From an uncultured Eubacteriales bacterium (lineage in GTDB: Bacteria; Bacillota; Clostridia; Christensenellales; CAG-1252), in assembly GCA_902797685.1 (NCBI GenBank), contig CADBTQ010000089.1, forward strand, positions 2,187 through 66,186: a stretch of DNA of 64,000 nucleotides, read 5' to 3'. This document shows, in pieces, positions 30,001 to 42,000 of this stretch (within the stretch, counting starts at the first letter, position 1; each line of letters starts with the position of its first letter). A program made the position numbers and the translations under genes. The notes beneath the pieces are model-generated. The model had not been told where the DNA came from. It ran no database searches and saw only the letters and a list, made by a program, of their open reading frames with translations.

Positions 30001-33000
30001 AAACGTAACCCGCACTAAGAGACGGACGAACGGCGATCGCGTTGACGCCCGCGTCTTGTAACAGAGTAGCGTTTTGAGTATTGACGTTAAGATACCTGAC
30101 ACGGCTGTCGTAGTCGTACGACGTACCGACCAAGTAGAACAGACCGCTACCCGTACCGGTGGTATTGCGCATAGTCGCTTTGTTAATGGTCAGCGTACCC
30201 GTGATCACCTTGGACTCGTAGTTGGTGCTTTCCACCCCGTTCACGGTCGCTTTGACGGTCGCCACGATGGTATAGGTACCCGCATTGACGGCGCTATTGC
30301 CGTCCACGCCGTTGATCTTGTAGGATACCGAAATAACGGTGTTATCCAGATCGTACAGATCGGTATGCGTTCCGTCCGCCACGTTGACGGACAAACTGTG
30401 CGTTTGCTTGTTGTAGTCCACCGCAAGCGTATCGGGCGACATCGTGATCGAATCGCCGTTTGCCGTCTTGATCTCGGCGGTGGCGATCGTCAGAGTCTTG
30501 GTAAGCGTGAGGGTGTTGTAGTTGGAATTATCCTCGCCGACCTCGGCGGTCACGACGTACACGCCCACGTTTTTGGCGCCGTTGGTCACACCGACCTCGG
30601 CGGTACCGCGCGTGACGCTCAGCGCATAGGACACGGACACCGATTCGCCTAACTGCGTCAAGACGGTCGTTGCCGACGGAGACGCCGCCTCGTTGAGTGA
30701 CACGTACTGAACGCGCGCATTGTAGACGGTCGAATTGTCGTCCATCGACACCACGATATCGGCGGGAGTGATGGTCAAGACCGCATTGTACCGCGAATGA
30801 TCGGCGGTATTGGGCACGTTGTACGTCACGTAGTCTTGGTGGCTCAACGTAGCGGTGATCGTATATCCCGCTACTTCTCCATTGACCCACAAAACGTCGG
30901 TAGCCGCGTTGGCGTTAGCCCCGGAAGTAGTTGCGCCGCCTTGCGGCGTGATGGTATAAGTCACGGTCAGCACGTCGCCCAAAGCGGAAGTCGTATCCAC
31001 CGTAACGGCGTGGGAAGTGGTATCGTAGATCACCGTACTGTCGGCGAAATACTTACCCGTGATCGTCGCCTTGTCGATACTCCAACCAAGAGTAGCCCCC
31101 GATGCGACGTAATAGTTGTTATTGTTGATGGTGTAAGTCGCTTGGTAGGAGTCGCCCGCATGCAATGCGGTATTGCCCGAGACGGCGGCGTCAAGATCAT
31201 CGCCCGCGACAAGGCCCGATTGCGCCACGCCGTCCACTTTGCCGACGGAAGGCGTCAAAGTACGGGTTTGGGCGTTGTACACGGTGGTATAGCCCACCCA
31301 TGCGCCGCTATCGTCGCCCGTCCAGGTGATCTTGAGTCCACGTTGAGCGATGCTCCAAGAGTAAGTAGCGTCCGAACTGATGACGTAGTTGGCGTCCGAA
31401 ACGGTGATCGTGCGAGTGTAGTTGCCACGGTTGACGTAGGTATAGGTATAGGTAATACCGTATACGGTCGTGCCGCCACTCACTCGATTGCCGCCCGTAA
31501 CGGACGTGGAACCGTCCACCCCGCCGAGGGACAGGACGTCGCCCGCCACGATGTTGTCAACGAACAAAGTAACGGATTGCTCGTTGCCGTCATACACCGA
31601 GTGCGCGCGTGCGTCAGTCCAAGCCAAGCTCAATTCGCGTTGGGTGATCACACCGTTGGTGAGGGTAATGGTCGAATTGGTGAGTTCGGAAGCGTTGCCG
31701 TCGTCGCCGAACTTGTAGTTGACCGCGTCGCCCGTGGATCCCAAGCTATAAGTGATGGTCTTGCCTGTGCCCGCATTCTTGTTGTCGTACAAAGCGGTAA
31801 TGTTGAGGGTATCGCCCGTCAATATCGCGCTGCTATCGTAGTCAAACTCCACCAAGTTGGTACCGTCGTACGTCTTGGACGTGGAACCCATCGTCAAGTG
31901 GATACCCTTGCGATAGATAGTAGCCGCCAAAGTCAACACGCCCGGCGTGCCGCCGTTGACGACCACTTCGTAGTTGGCGCTTTGCGTACCGCTGACGACG
32001 AACGTAATGGTACGACTGCCGGCAACGAACGAATCGTAGGACGCGCTCAAAGTAACGGGTGCGTCTGCCAACACGCCCGTGTACGTATAAGAGGTATAGG
32101 TAGATTGACGATCGTAGACCTTGTCGTAGTCGGTGGCGGTCACGATCAACTGCTTACGGAAGATCTCGCCCGCGACAGTCGCCGAAACGGTCGTGGTTGC
32201 GCCCGCATGCAATTCGAACAGGTAATTGAGTCTATCCGCGCCGCTCAAAGCAAACGTCAAAGTGCGGTTGCCCGCCAATGCCGAGTCGTAGGTCGCGGAC
32301 AAAGTCGCCTTGCCAGCGTCCACGATACCCGTATTATTGGTCGTGTCGAGCGCACCCACCGTGTAATCGGAGTAAACGGTGGTGGTATCGTAATCCCTGC
32401 TCCAAGCGGTGGACGCGGTATTGGTGATGACGATGAGACGTTTGCTCACGGTCAACACGCGCTCCACGGCTTGCGACGTGCCGTTGACGTTGTCGCAAGT
32501 ATAGGTACTGGTACCGCCGCCCACGGTGTACACGATATTGTACGAGGTGGAGCGATACTCTCTGGTGACGGTATTATCGAGGAATTGCGCATAGGTGTAC
32601 GCCACGCCGTCGATATAAATGGTCATTTGTTGGGGTGTGTAACCCACGATGGTGGGATAATCGGTGTACGGGTTGCCGTCAAACACCTTGTCCACGTCGG
32701 CGCTGTCGTCGGTGACGAAACCACCCGGCGTTTGCGCTACGACAAACTTGAAGGCGTAGCCGTTGGGAGCCGCCGTGACCACCGTCGAGGACTTGGGATA
32801 GACGACGTTGCTGCCCGCAAAGTAGGTGGGATCCACCATACCGTAATCGTTGCCGTAGACGGTGGTGTTCTCAAACACGAAGTTGCCTGCGTCGCTACCC
32901 GTCAGGCTCAGCACCACGTAATAGGTGCCCGCGTGGTTGGGACCGAAGCTATGGAAGCCCACCGTACCGTTGTCGTTAAACACAAACCATTGATGGTCTT

Positions 33001-36000
33001 GATCGAAGGTGTAGTAGGGGCTGGGATAATTGCTGCTGGTGGGATGATAATGACCGCAGGTACAGAATCCGAAGTAAGTGTACCCGAAGTCAACGTCCGC
33101 CGAGGCAAACACACCCGACATGGAAGCTTCGAAGTTGTGATAGATACCGCTGGCAAAACCGATGGACACAGGCCACTCGATGGAAGAACGACTGCCGCTG
33201 TTTTCGACGCCCGAACCGTTGCTCGTGAAGTATTCCCAACTCATATCCGCCTTGGCGATCACGAAGGGAGTGATACTAAACGGTAGATTCGTATTGGCGT
33301 TGGTCAAGTTGTAGTTAGTGTTGTTGATAGTCAACCTAACGTTGTAATTGCCCACGTTGATCGCATTGACCGAGGACAAATTGTCGGTCGCCACGGCGAT
33401 CGTATCGCCCGTCACGGCGTTCGTAAAGGACACGTTGAGGTCGCCGATCGTCACCGCCGCGGCCTTGTATTCTACCGAAGTGTTGCCCAAAACAGCAGTC
33501 ACGTTGCGGCGAGTGACGTTATACGTCCTGGTAACGGTAGCGGGCAGCTTGTAGTTGCCGTTGGACAAAGCCGCAGCCGTCGCGGTATAGGCGGTATCTT
33601 TGGCGTTGGTGTTGACGCCACCCGAAACGGTGACATTGACGGTATCGCCCGAACAGGCGTTGCTGACCGTAGCGGTCACGGTATGGGGATTGCCGTCGTA
33701 CGTCTTGCTAAACGTGTTGCCGCCGTCCATTTGCCATACCAAGATCACTTCTTTTTGGTCAATGCTCCACTCGGCGCTAAGCCCCGTCGCGGGCAAGGCG
33801 TAGTTGTCGTCGGACACGCCGATCACCGTGACCATATAGGGAGTAGCGGAGTAATCGACCGCGCCAAAGGTCGTGTTTACGCTATACGCGCCGCCCGATT
33901 GGGAAGTCGTGCTAAAGACGTACCTGCCGTTTTGAGGCACGCTACCCGTGTTGTTGACGGTGATGCTCGGTTGATCGCCGGTCAGAATATTGCCGACAGT
34001 CAGCACCACACCGTGTTGACTTGCGTCGTATGTCCACGATCCGTCTTGGGGAGCGCCGTTAGTCGTGTCGTAGTTCCACTCGACGGTAAGGACGCGTTTG
34101 GCGATCTCCCACTCCCCTTGCAGTCCGGTGTTGGGCAACGCATAGTTGCCGCCCGGGTTGGAAGCGATAGCGGTGATCAAAGCGGTGTACGCGGTGTTCT
34201 TAGCGTTGATCGCCAAGAAGGAGTAATCGCAAGTTTGCAAGGTCAACCCGCCCGACGTGTAGGTCGCGCCCACCGTCTTGGCGGGAGTGTTGGTGCCGTC
34301 GTTGAGATAACTAAACGTAATGTTTGCGATATCACTCGCTAAGATGTTACCCAAAGTCACGACCACACCGTGCTCGTTGCCATCGTAGACGTAACCGCTC
34401 TTGGCGGAGGTCGTATTGAGGTCGGGATCGGTCGCCCACCAAGCGTTGTTTTTGTAGTAAGTAAAGGAGCCCGTCCCAAAACCGATATCGCCGGTTTGAT
34501 CCGCGCCGTTGTTGTTGAAGATCACTTGCGTGTAAGCGGTAGACAAGGTCGCTTTGTACCAGCCGTCCCCTTCGCTCGTCATCGCCACGCCCGGCCAACC
34601 GTTATTGGACGAACCGTTCCAGGCGTAGACGTAAGGCGTAGCCATAGTCTCGGTGTAGAAGTGTACAGTCACTTGATCCGCCTGCGCGGGTTTGGTATCG
34701 CTCCACTTGCCGTTGTAGTAGGGCGCGTCTTTGACGAAGACCAAGTCGCCCGAATTGTTAGAAGTGTTGGAAGCGTCCACGAATTGGATACGATTGGCGA
34801 CGCTGTTGATCGTAGCGCTGTACCAACCGCCGCCAATGGCGGTCATCGTCACGCCGGGATACGATCCGAAATCGGTCGTCTTGGTCTCATAATTGACGTC
34901 CGCCTGACACCAAGCGTAAGCGGAGGGTCTGCTCCACCCGTTGGCGTTGTAATAGTACACCGTGGTGCTGCCGGGCGCTTGGGGCAAGCCCACACCCCAG
35001 AAATAGGTGGGATAATCGACGCTATACGACCAATCGCCGTATTGATTAGAGCCGTTGTCGCTAAAGATAACGGTCGAATACGAACTGTCGATCAACGCGC
35101 CGTACCAGTTGGTATCGCCTATGCGATTCATCGCCACGCCCGGCCAAGCGACGTAGTTGCCCGAGCCGTTGTACGCGTACGCATACGGCGCCGACATACC
35201 TTGATGGTTGTAGAAGTAGACGTATGCCATTTCGCCGTGCGAATCGTCGTCGTTCCACTCCAAGCTGATCACGCGTTGCGCGATGTGGTATGCGTTGGAG
35301 CCCGAGGAAGTCAACTTGTAGTTGGAAGCCGCCACGTCGGCGGAGTTGGCGTGACCGGAGAGCGCCGCAACGGACGTGATGCCGTTGATGCTGACGGTGT
35401 AGTCCCCGTGATTGACGCTAGTAAAGGTATACGAAGAATTGGTCGCGGCGTTGGTAATGGTAGTCGCTTCGTTGTTGTTGGTCGAAGCCAAAGTGAATCT
35501 GACCGTCTCGTGAGCGGCGATACCCGCGACCGCCAAATTGAGACCTTGCGAGGTGCCGTCGTACGTGCCGCTGTTGGTGCCGAGCAAACTCCAAGTCAAC
35601 GTGATCGTCGCTTGCTCGATCGTCCAAGTACCTTTGTTGGTATTGACGTAGTAGTTTTCGTTTCCTTCGTTGTAATCGGTCAAACCGGTCACGACCGCCT
35701 CGTAAGAGCCCGCTTTGACGGCGTTAAACGCTTGGGTCAAAGTGGACGAGGACGCTTGACTATACGTTAAATATGCGGAAGAGGGCGATTTACCGGTGTT
35801 GGTATAGGTCAGTCGCACCGTATCGCCCGTGGCAATACCGGTCACCGTCAACGTGACGCCGTGCGCCGCCCCGTCGTAGGTGGCGGACGCCGCCGACCAT
35901 GCCACGGTCAGCAGTTTGGGTGTGATCCGCCAAGTCGTCTGGAAGTTGCTCGCCAAAGTATAGTCGCCGTAAGTATTGGAGATGGATTTGATCTTGGCGA

Positions 36001-39000
36001 CGTACACGTCGCGGTTGGTAGCCGTATTGGCATACTTCGCCGTCACCGACTTGTTGTCCACGGTCACGGTGGTGGTGCCCGTCGTCTCGTAGGTCACGGT
36101 GATCACGTCCCCGCTTATTTGATTGTCAAACGTAGCGGTGACAGTATGAGAATTGTGATCGTATTCAAACTCGGTCGTACCCCAGCTGACGTTGGATTGC
36201 TCGATAACGCGAGGCAATATCGTCCAAGCGGTTTCGACGTATTGAGCGCCATTGGAGTCGAACGCATAGTTGGTGCGGAAATCGCCCGAGATGGTCGCTC
36301 TCGCGGTATAGGAGCCTTGGTGCATCTTGGTATTGTTGCTGTAACTAAAGGTAACGTTTTCGCCGCTGACCGCGCCCGTCGCCACGGCGGTCACCACTTG
36401 CTCCGTGCCGTCGTAACGAATAGTCGAAGAGGACAGATCGCTTCCCTTCCATTTCCAAGTGGCGCCGATCACGCATTGTTTGATCGTCCAGTCTTGGCTG
36501 ACGACCGCGGGCAAGCAATAGTTGGCGTTATTGACCGAAGACACGGTCACGGTATAGGCGCGAGCGTTTTTACCGGTATTGCCGGTGTAAGCGATGCTGA
36601 CCGAGTCGCCCGAAACGATCGTACTCGACGTGATAGTCGGCGTAACGCTGCGCGTTTTGCCGTTGTAAGTGGTCTGGAACCCGCTCCAGGTACCCAAACC
36701 GTCTTTGACCCAGTTGATCCCGACTTCCTTTTGTGCGATAGAATAAGTCTTGAGGTTGTTGTCCGCTAAGGTGTAATAGTTTTTAGACACGCCGACATCC
36801 TCGTCCAAAGACGGGATCGTGGCGCGATAGTTGTTACCCGCTTGCGAGGTATACACGAACGTATACGTGTACGTATCAAAACCGGCGTTGGTGGACTTGG
36901 TATCGTAGGTAAAGTGGATGTTGCCGCTGTCCACGGCGTCGTTGGCGGCGGTCATGCCCGTGACCGTGCCCAAGAAACCGACGGTATCTCCTTCGATGAT
37001 ACCCGTCAAAATGACGGTGGGGCCTTGCCCTTGTCCGTTGTAGGTCAACGCCGCCGTGTCTTGCCACGAGATCGTGATCGGTCTGGGATTGATACGCCAG
37101 TTCAGTTGCCTTGCGGATACCGAGGCGGGCAAACAGTAGTTGGCGCTGCCTGCACCCGAGATAGAAGCGACTTGGGCTGTGTATGAACCCACTTCGGTGG
37201 CGGTATTGGATCCTTTCGTCACGTTATAGACCCACTGCCCGTTTTCGACGTAACGCGCCAGGTTGTGCGTCGTATAGCTCACCGAGATGGTGGCGTCGTC
37301 CACAAGACCCGTTACGTTGCTGACGGCAACCGTCCAAGCACCGTAGAAATACTCAAACGGCGTGCCGCTGTAATTCCAGTCAAAGCCGACGGGCTTTTGC
37401 GCGATGCTCCAATTCCCTTGATTGGAGGGCAGGGTGTAGTTGGTGCTACCGTTGTTAGTAGAGGCGATCGACGTCAATTTGGAAGTATAACTACCGGCGT
37501 TGACGCCCTTGAAATCTACCGCCATCGTGGTAGAAGAACCGCTCGTGACAAAACTCGAGCCGGACGGAGAAGTACCGTTGCTCGTGAAATTGATCGTGAT
37601 CTTATCCGTCTGGACCAAATTGCCCACGGTGACCTTGATACCTTGCGCTTGGGCATTGTAAACAAGTCCCGAGGCGGTCGACCACCCTACGGTCAACGTC
37701 CTTGCCGAGATGGTCCATTGATACGACCAGTCGCTTGCTTGGTAACCCGCGTCACCCGAGGTGGCGATGCGGTAGTTGAACGAAGGTTCACAACCGTTGA
37801 TGGTCAAGGTGTAAGTACCCGCATTGGTCGCCGAATTGGTCACTATGCCGCTATTGGCATAGGTAAACGCCACGCGATCCGTGCCGACGATGTTGCCGGG
37901 CGTAGCGATCACGGTATGCACGGCGCCGTCGTAACCAAACGAAGCGGTACCTTTGTCGGACACGCTAAGTATGCGTTTGACAATGACATAAGCACTGCCC
38001 GATTCGTTGGACGTCAAGGTATAGTTGGCGACGTTGATACAGTTGCGCGTATTGGCGTCACTACTCGAAGTGTACGTAGCCGAAGCCAAGGCGATACCCG
38101 TCACCGCATACGAGTCGGCGTTGATCGAACTGAACGCATACGACGCGTTGTTTTGAACGTTGGTCGAATTGTGTACGATACCTTTGTTGAGATAGTTGTT
38201 GTTAGAGAAACTCAAACGAACGGTTTCGGCGTTTTGGATACCCGTAACGCGGGCGACCACACCGTGTGCTTCGCCGTCGTATTGTACGCCGCTGTCGTCG
38301 TTGAGCGCGCTCCACGTGATCGTTATCGCTTGTTGCGAAATGGTGTAAGTGTATTGCGTCGTACCCGCCAAAACATAGTTGGCGTTGGAAAGCACGTTGC
38401 CCGACGTCAAAGCGATAGTCACCTTGTAATCCGCCGCTCTCACGCCGCCGAAACTGTACGTGTTGCTATTCGACGCCACGTCGATAGTAGCACCCGAAGC
38501 GGGCGTCAAACCGCTGACGGCGATTGCCGAATTGGTGCCGATGGTGTAGCCGGAACCGCTCACGGACAAGCGTACCGAATCGCCCGCCGCCAAGCCCGTC
38601 AGCGTCAACGTGGCAGGATTTTGTACCGTACCGGTATAAGTCTTGCCGACTTTGCTCCAGCTGGCGTTCACCTGTTTGGGGGTGATCTCCCAACTCTTGC
38701 TCGTGGTAGCGGGCAACTGGTAGTTGGTGTTGCTGATCCCCGTCACGGTGGCGGTATAGGTGCCGACCGCTCTGCCCGCAAAAGAGGAAGGAGTCAACGT
38801 CACGGTATCCGTACCGACGAGGCTCGAGGAGCTGACCGCCGCATACACGTAACGATCGCTGCCGTTGTATTCCGCTTTGAAGTTGGCAAAGGCGGGCGTT
38901 GCCGTATCGGTCGTCCAAGTCAGATCGACGATCTTGGGCGAGATCGTCCAAGTGCCACTCAAAGTGGAGCCGTCCTTAAACTTGTAATTAGTCGAATTGA

Positions 39001-42000
39001 ATCCGGTCAACGTAGCGGTATAGTGACCCCCGCCCACGTTGGCGTTGACAGCCTTAAAGGTCTTCGAAACGCTCGTTGCGTTGCCGCTCGACGTGAAGGT
39101 ACCCGTTCCCGACGGATTGGAACCGTCTGCCGAAAAAGCAATGCCTACTTTGTCCGTCTTGACGAGATCGCTGACGGTGACCGAGATGCCTTGTTCGCTT
39201 CCGTTGTAAGTTAAAGTACCCGCGGGCATCCACTCCACGGTCACGGGACGTTTGTTGATCGTATAGTTACTGTTGCCCGATACCGAGAGCGTATAGTTGG
39301 TCACGCCGGCGTAAGTGCCGCTTGACACCGCTTTGATGCTCGAGATCGTCACGTTGTACGCTTGATCGTTGGCGTTGACGGAACCGAACACCCGAGCACC
39401 GTTGCCGTATTTGGTCGTACCGTTGTCGATACCCAAGGTGGCGTATGCCAAAGTAGAAGAGGTGTTGAAAGACACCGACTCGCCGTTTTGCAAACCGCCG
39501 ATGGTGGCGGTCACGCCGTGCGAAGTCCCGTCGTAGTTGGTCGAACCGGTCCCCGTAAAGGTCACGGTAACGGTGGCTTTGCCAAGCGAGAAGTTGGAGC
39601 TTGTCACGCTGGAAGCGCTCAACTTGTAGTTACTCATGCCGTTGAGAGCCACACTCGCGCCGTAATACCCCGCTTTGCCCGCTTGGTAATTTTGGGTCGC
39701 CAATCCGCTGTCATTCGCTTTGAGCGACAAATTGCCGGTAGGCGTGATACCGCTTCCCGCTAAGTTGCTACCGCCGTTAGACACTTTGGCGGTCGTCGTG
39801 TTAGTCAAATTGATGGTCTCGCCCGGCACCGCGTTGGAAACGGTCAACGTGGCGATCGTTTGCAAACTGCCGTTGTAAGTAGGCGTCGTCGCGGGCGTCG
39901 AGAAACTCAACGTCAACTGGCGTTGATTGATGGTATATTGAGTATTGGCATTACTCGCACCCAAGTTGGCGACCAAAGTGTAGTTGGCGTTGGACGCATA
40001 GGTACCGCTTACACTCGAGATCTCGACCGAACTCACCGAGTAAACGCCTTTGTTTTTGGACGTGAAGTTGTACGCGCCGTTTCCGACCGCAGCGCTCAAT
40101 CCGTTGCCCGCATAGGTCGTAGTCACGGCAAAGGTCACCTTGTCCGTTCCTTGAATATCCGAGATCGTCACCGTCACGCCGTGATTGTTGCCGTCATAAT
40201 CGCAACTGCCCTTGCCCGACCAACTCAACGAGATCGTGCGCGCGGCAATGGTCCACGACGCGGTCGTTTCGCTCATCGTATAGTTGTTATCCGAAAGCGA
40301 TACCGACACCTCGTAGTACCCCGCTTTGACGGCGGTATGCGCCTTGGTATTGGCGGCGGAAGACAAGGCATAACCCGTCGTGGGAGACAATCCGCTGTTG
40401 TCCAAACGAGTCGCTTTGCCGCTGTCGGTGTAAGCGGAAGCGGTCAAGCTCATATTGACCGATTCGCCGCTGACGATACCGCTCACGGTCAAGGTCTTAC
40501 CAAGACCTTGAGCGGTGTACGTTTGGGTATCGGCACCCGACCAAGAGGAAGTCAGCGCCTTTTTATTAATAATGGTACGCGCGCGAACGCTGCCTGTCGC
40601 CACGTTAAGCGCAGTGGACGTAGCGTTTTGCTTGTACTTGTTGGAAGAGTTGGTCAACGTGTAGTTGGTCGCCGCGGCATAATCGGTCCCTTGCGCGGCG
40701 TAGATAGCGGACACGTACACATCGTACGAGCCGTCCACGTGATCTTTGGAGGACAGAGTCTTCGCGACCCCTTCGCTCATCCAAGTGTTGTTGCTCTGCA
40801 CGCCTTGGGTTGTGTAATTGTTGGCGCCCAAAGTCAACTGCACCTGCTCGCTTGCCTGTAATCCGGTCACGGTCAAAGTCACGCCGTGCTGCGCTCCGTC
40901 GTAAGTGACGGTCTTGGTCATCACGCCGCTCGATACCGAGTCGAAGTTGCCGTCCAAAGACGCCCACGTTAAGGTCAACGTCGCTCGGGCGATCGCCCCG
41001 TCGTTGAAGGTGAGCGTATCCATCGTGTAGTTGCTCATGCCGTTGAGAGCGACCACCACTTTGTAGCTGCCTGCTTTGGCGGCTTGATAGGCGATAGTTA
41101 CGTTTCCGTTGGCGGCGGCAAGACCCGAAACGGGAGCGGTGGCGCCGTGACCGCTCAACGCGCCGCCCGAAGGAGCGGTAGCCGTCACGGTACTTGTGAT
41201 ATAGATGGTGTCGCCCGCCACGGCGTTGGTCAACGTGAGATTGGCATACGTTTGCACCGTGCCGTTGTAGGTCGCAGCGACCGAAGACATGGAAGCGGTG
41301 AGGGAGCGCGCGCTAATGGTCGTTTGGATCTTGTTGGCACTGTCGGTCACCGATTGCCCGCTCGTTAATAGCGCCGTAGTACCGCCCGACGTCTTGAGCA
41401 GGTTGCTGCGGTAGTCGTAAGCGTAGTTTTTGGCGTCGCTGTACGTCTTACCGGTCGCGCTGTTGATCCCGGTCACCCACACGGTATACGCGGTAGCTTG
41501 CGCATTGACTGCGCTAAAGACGTAACTCGTATTGGATACTGCGGTGGAGTTGTTGGCGATGCCGTTGGTGGGATAGGTAGAGGTGGTAGACAGTTTGATC
41601 GTCTCGCCCGCGACGATACCGCCGACCGTCACTTTGACGCCGTTTTGACTGCCGTCGTAAACGTAACTGCCCTTGCCGACCCTGCCGTCTTTGGTAAGGT
41701 ACGCGTTGCCCGAAGTCAAATTGTTGTTGGCTTGCCACGTCAAAGTAAGCAAGCTGCGATAGAAGGTCGCCGAAGCGGTGGCCGTTCCTTTGAGCGTATA
41801 GTTGCTCATACCCACCAAGGAGACGGTGAGCGAGTAGTTGCCCGCCTTGCCCGCCTGATACGTCTGCGATATCGTACCGCTATCGGGCGCGGTCTCGGTC
41901 TTGTTGCCGGTCGGCGTCAGACCCGTATTGGTCATGGTGGTATTTTCACCGTAATACTTGGTCGTAGAAGCGGTGTTCCAAGTCACGCTTTCGCCCGCAA

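Noticed and set aside
26480-33286. Plus-strand ORFs 26480..28453 (657 aa), 28712..29923 (403 aa) and 30797..33286 (829 aa).
   Set aside because: These are also antisense shadow ORFs within the giant gene.
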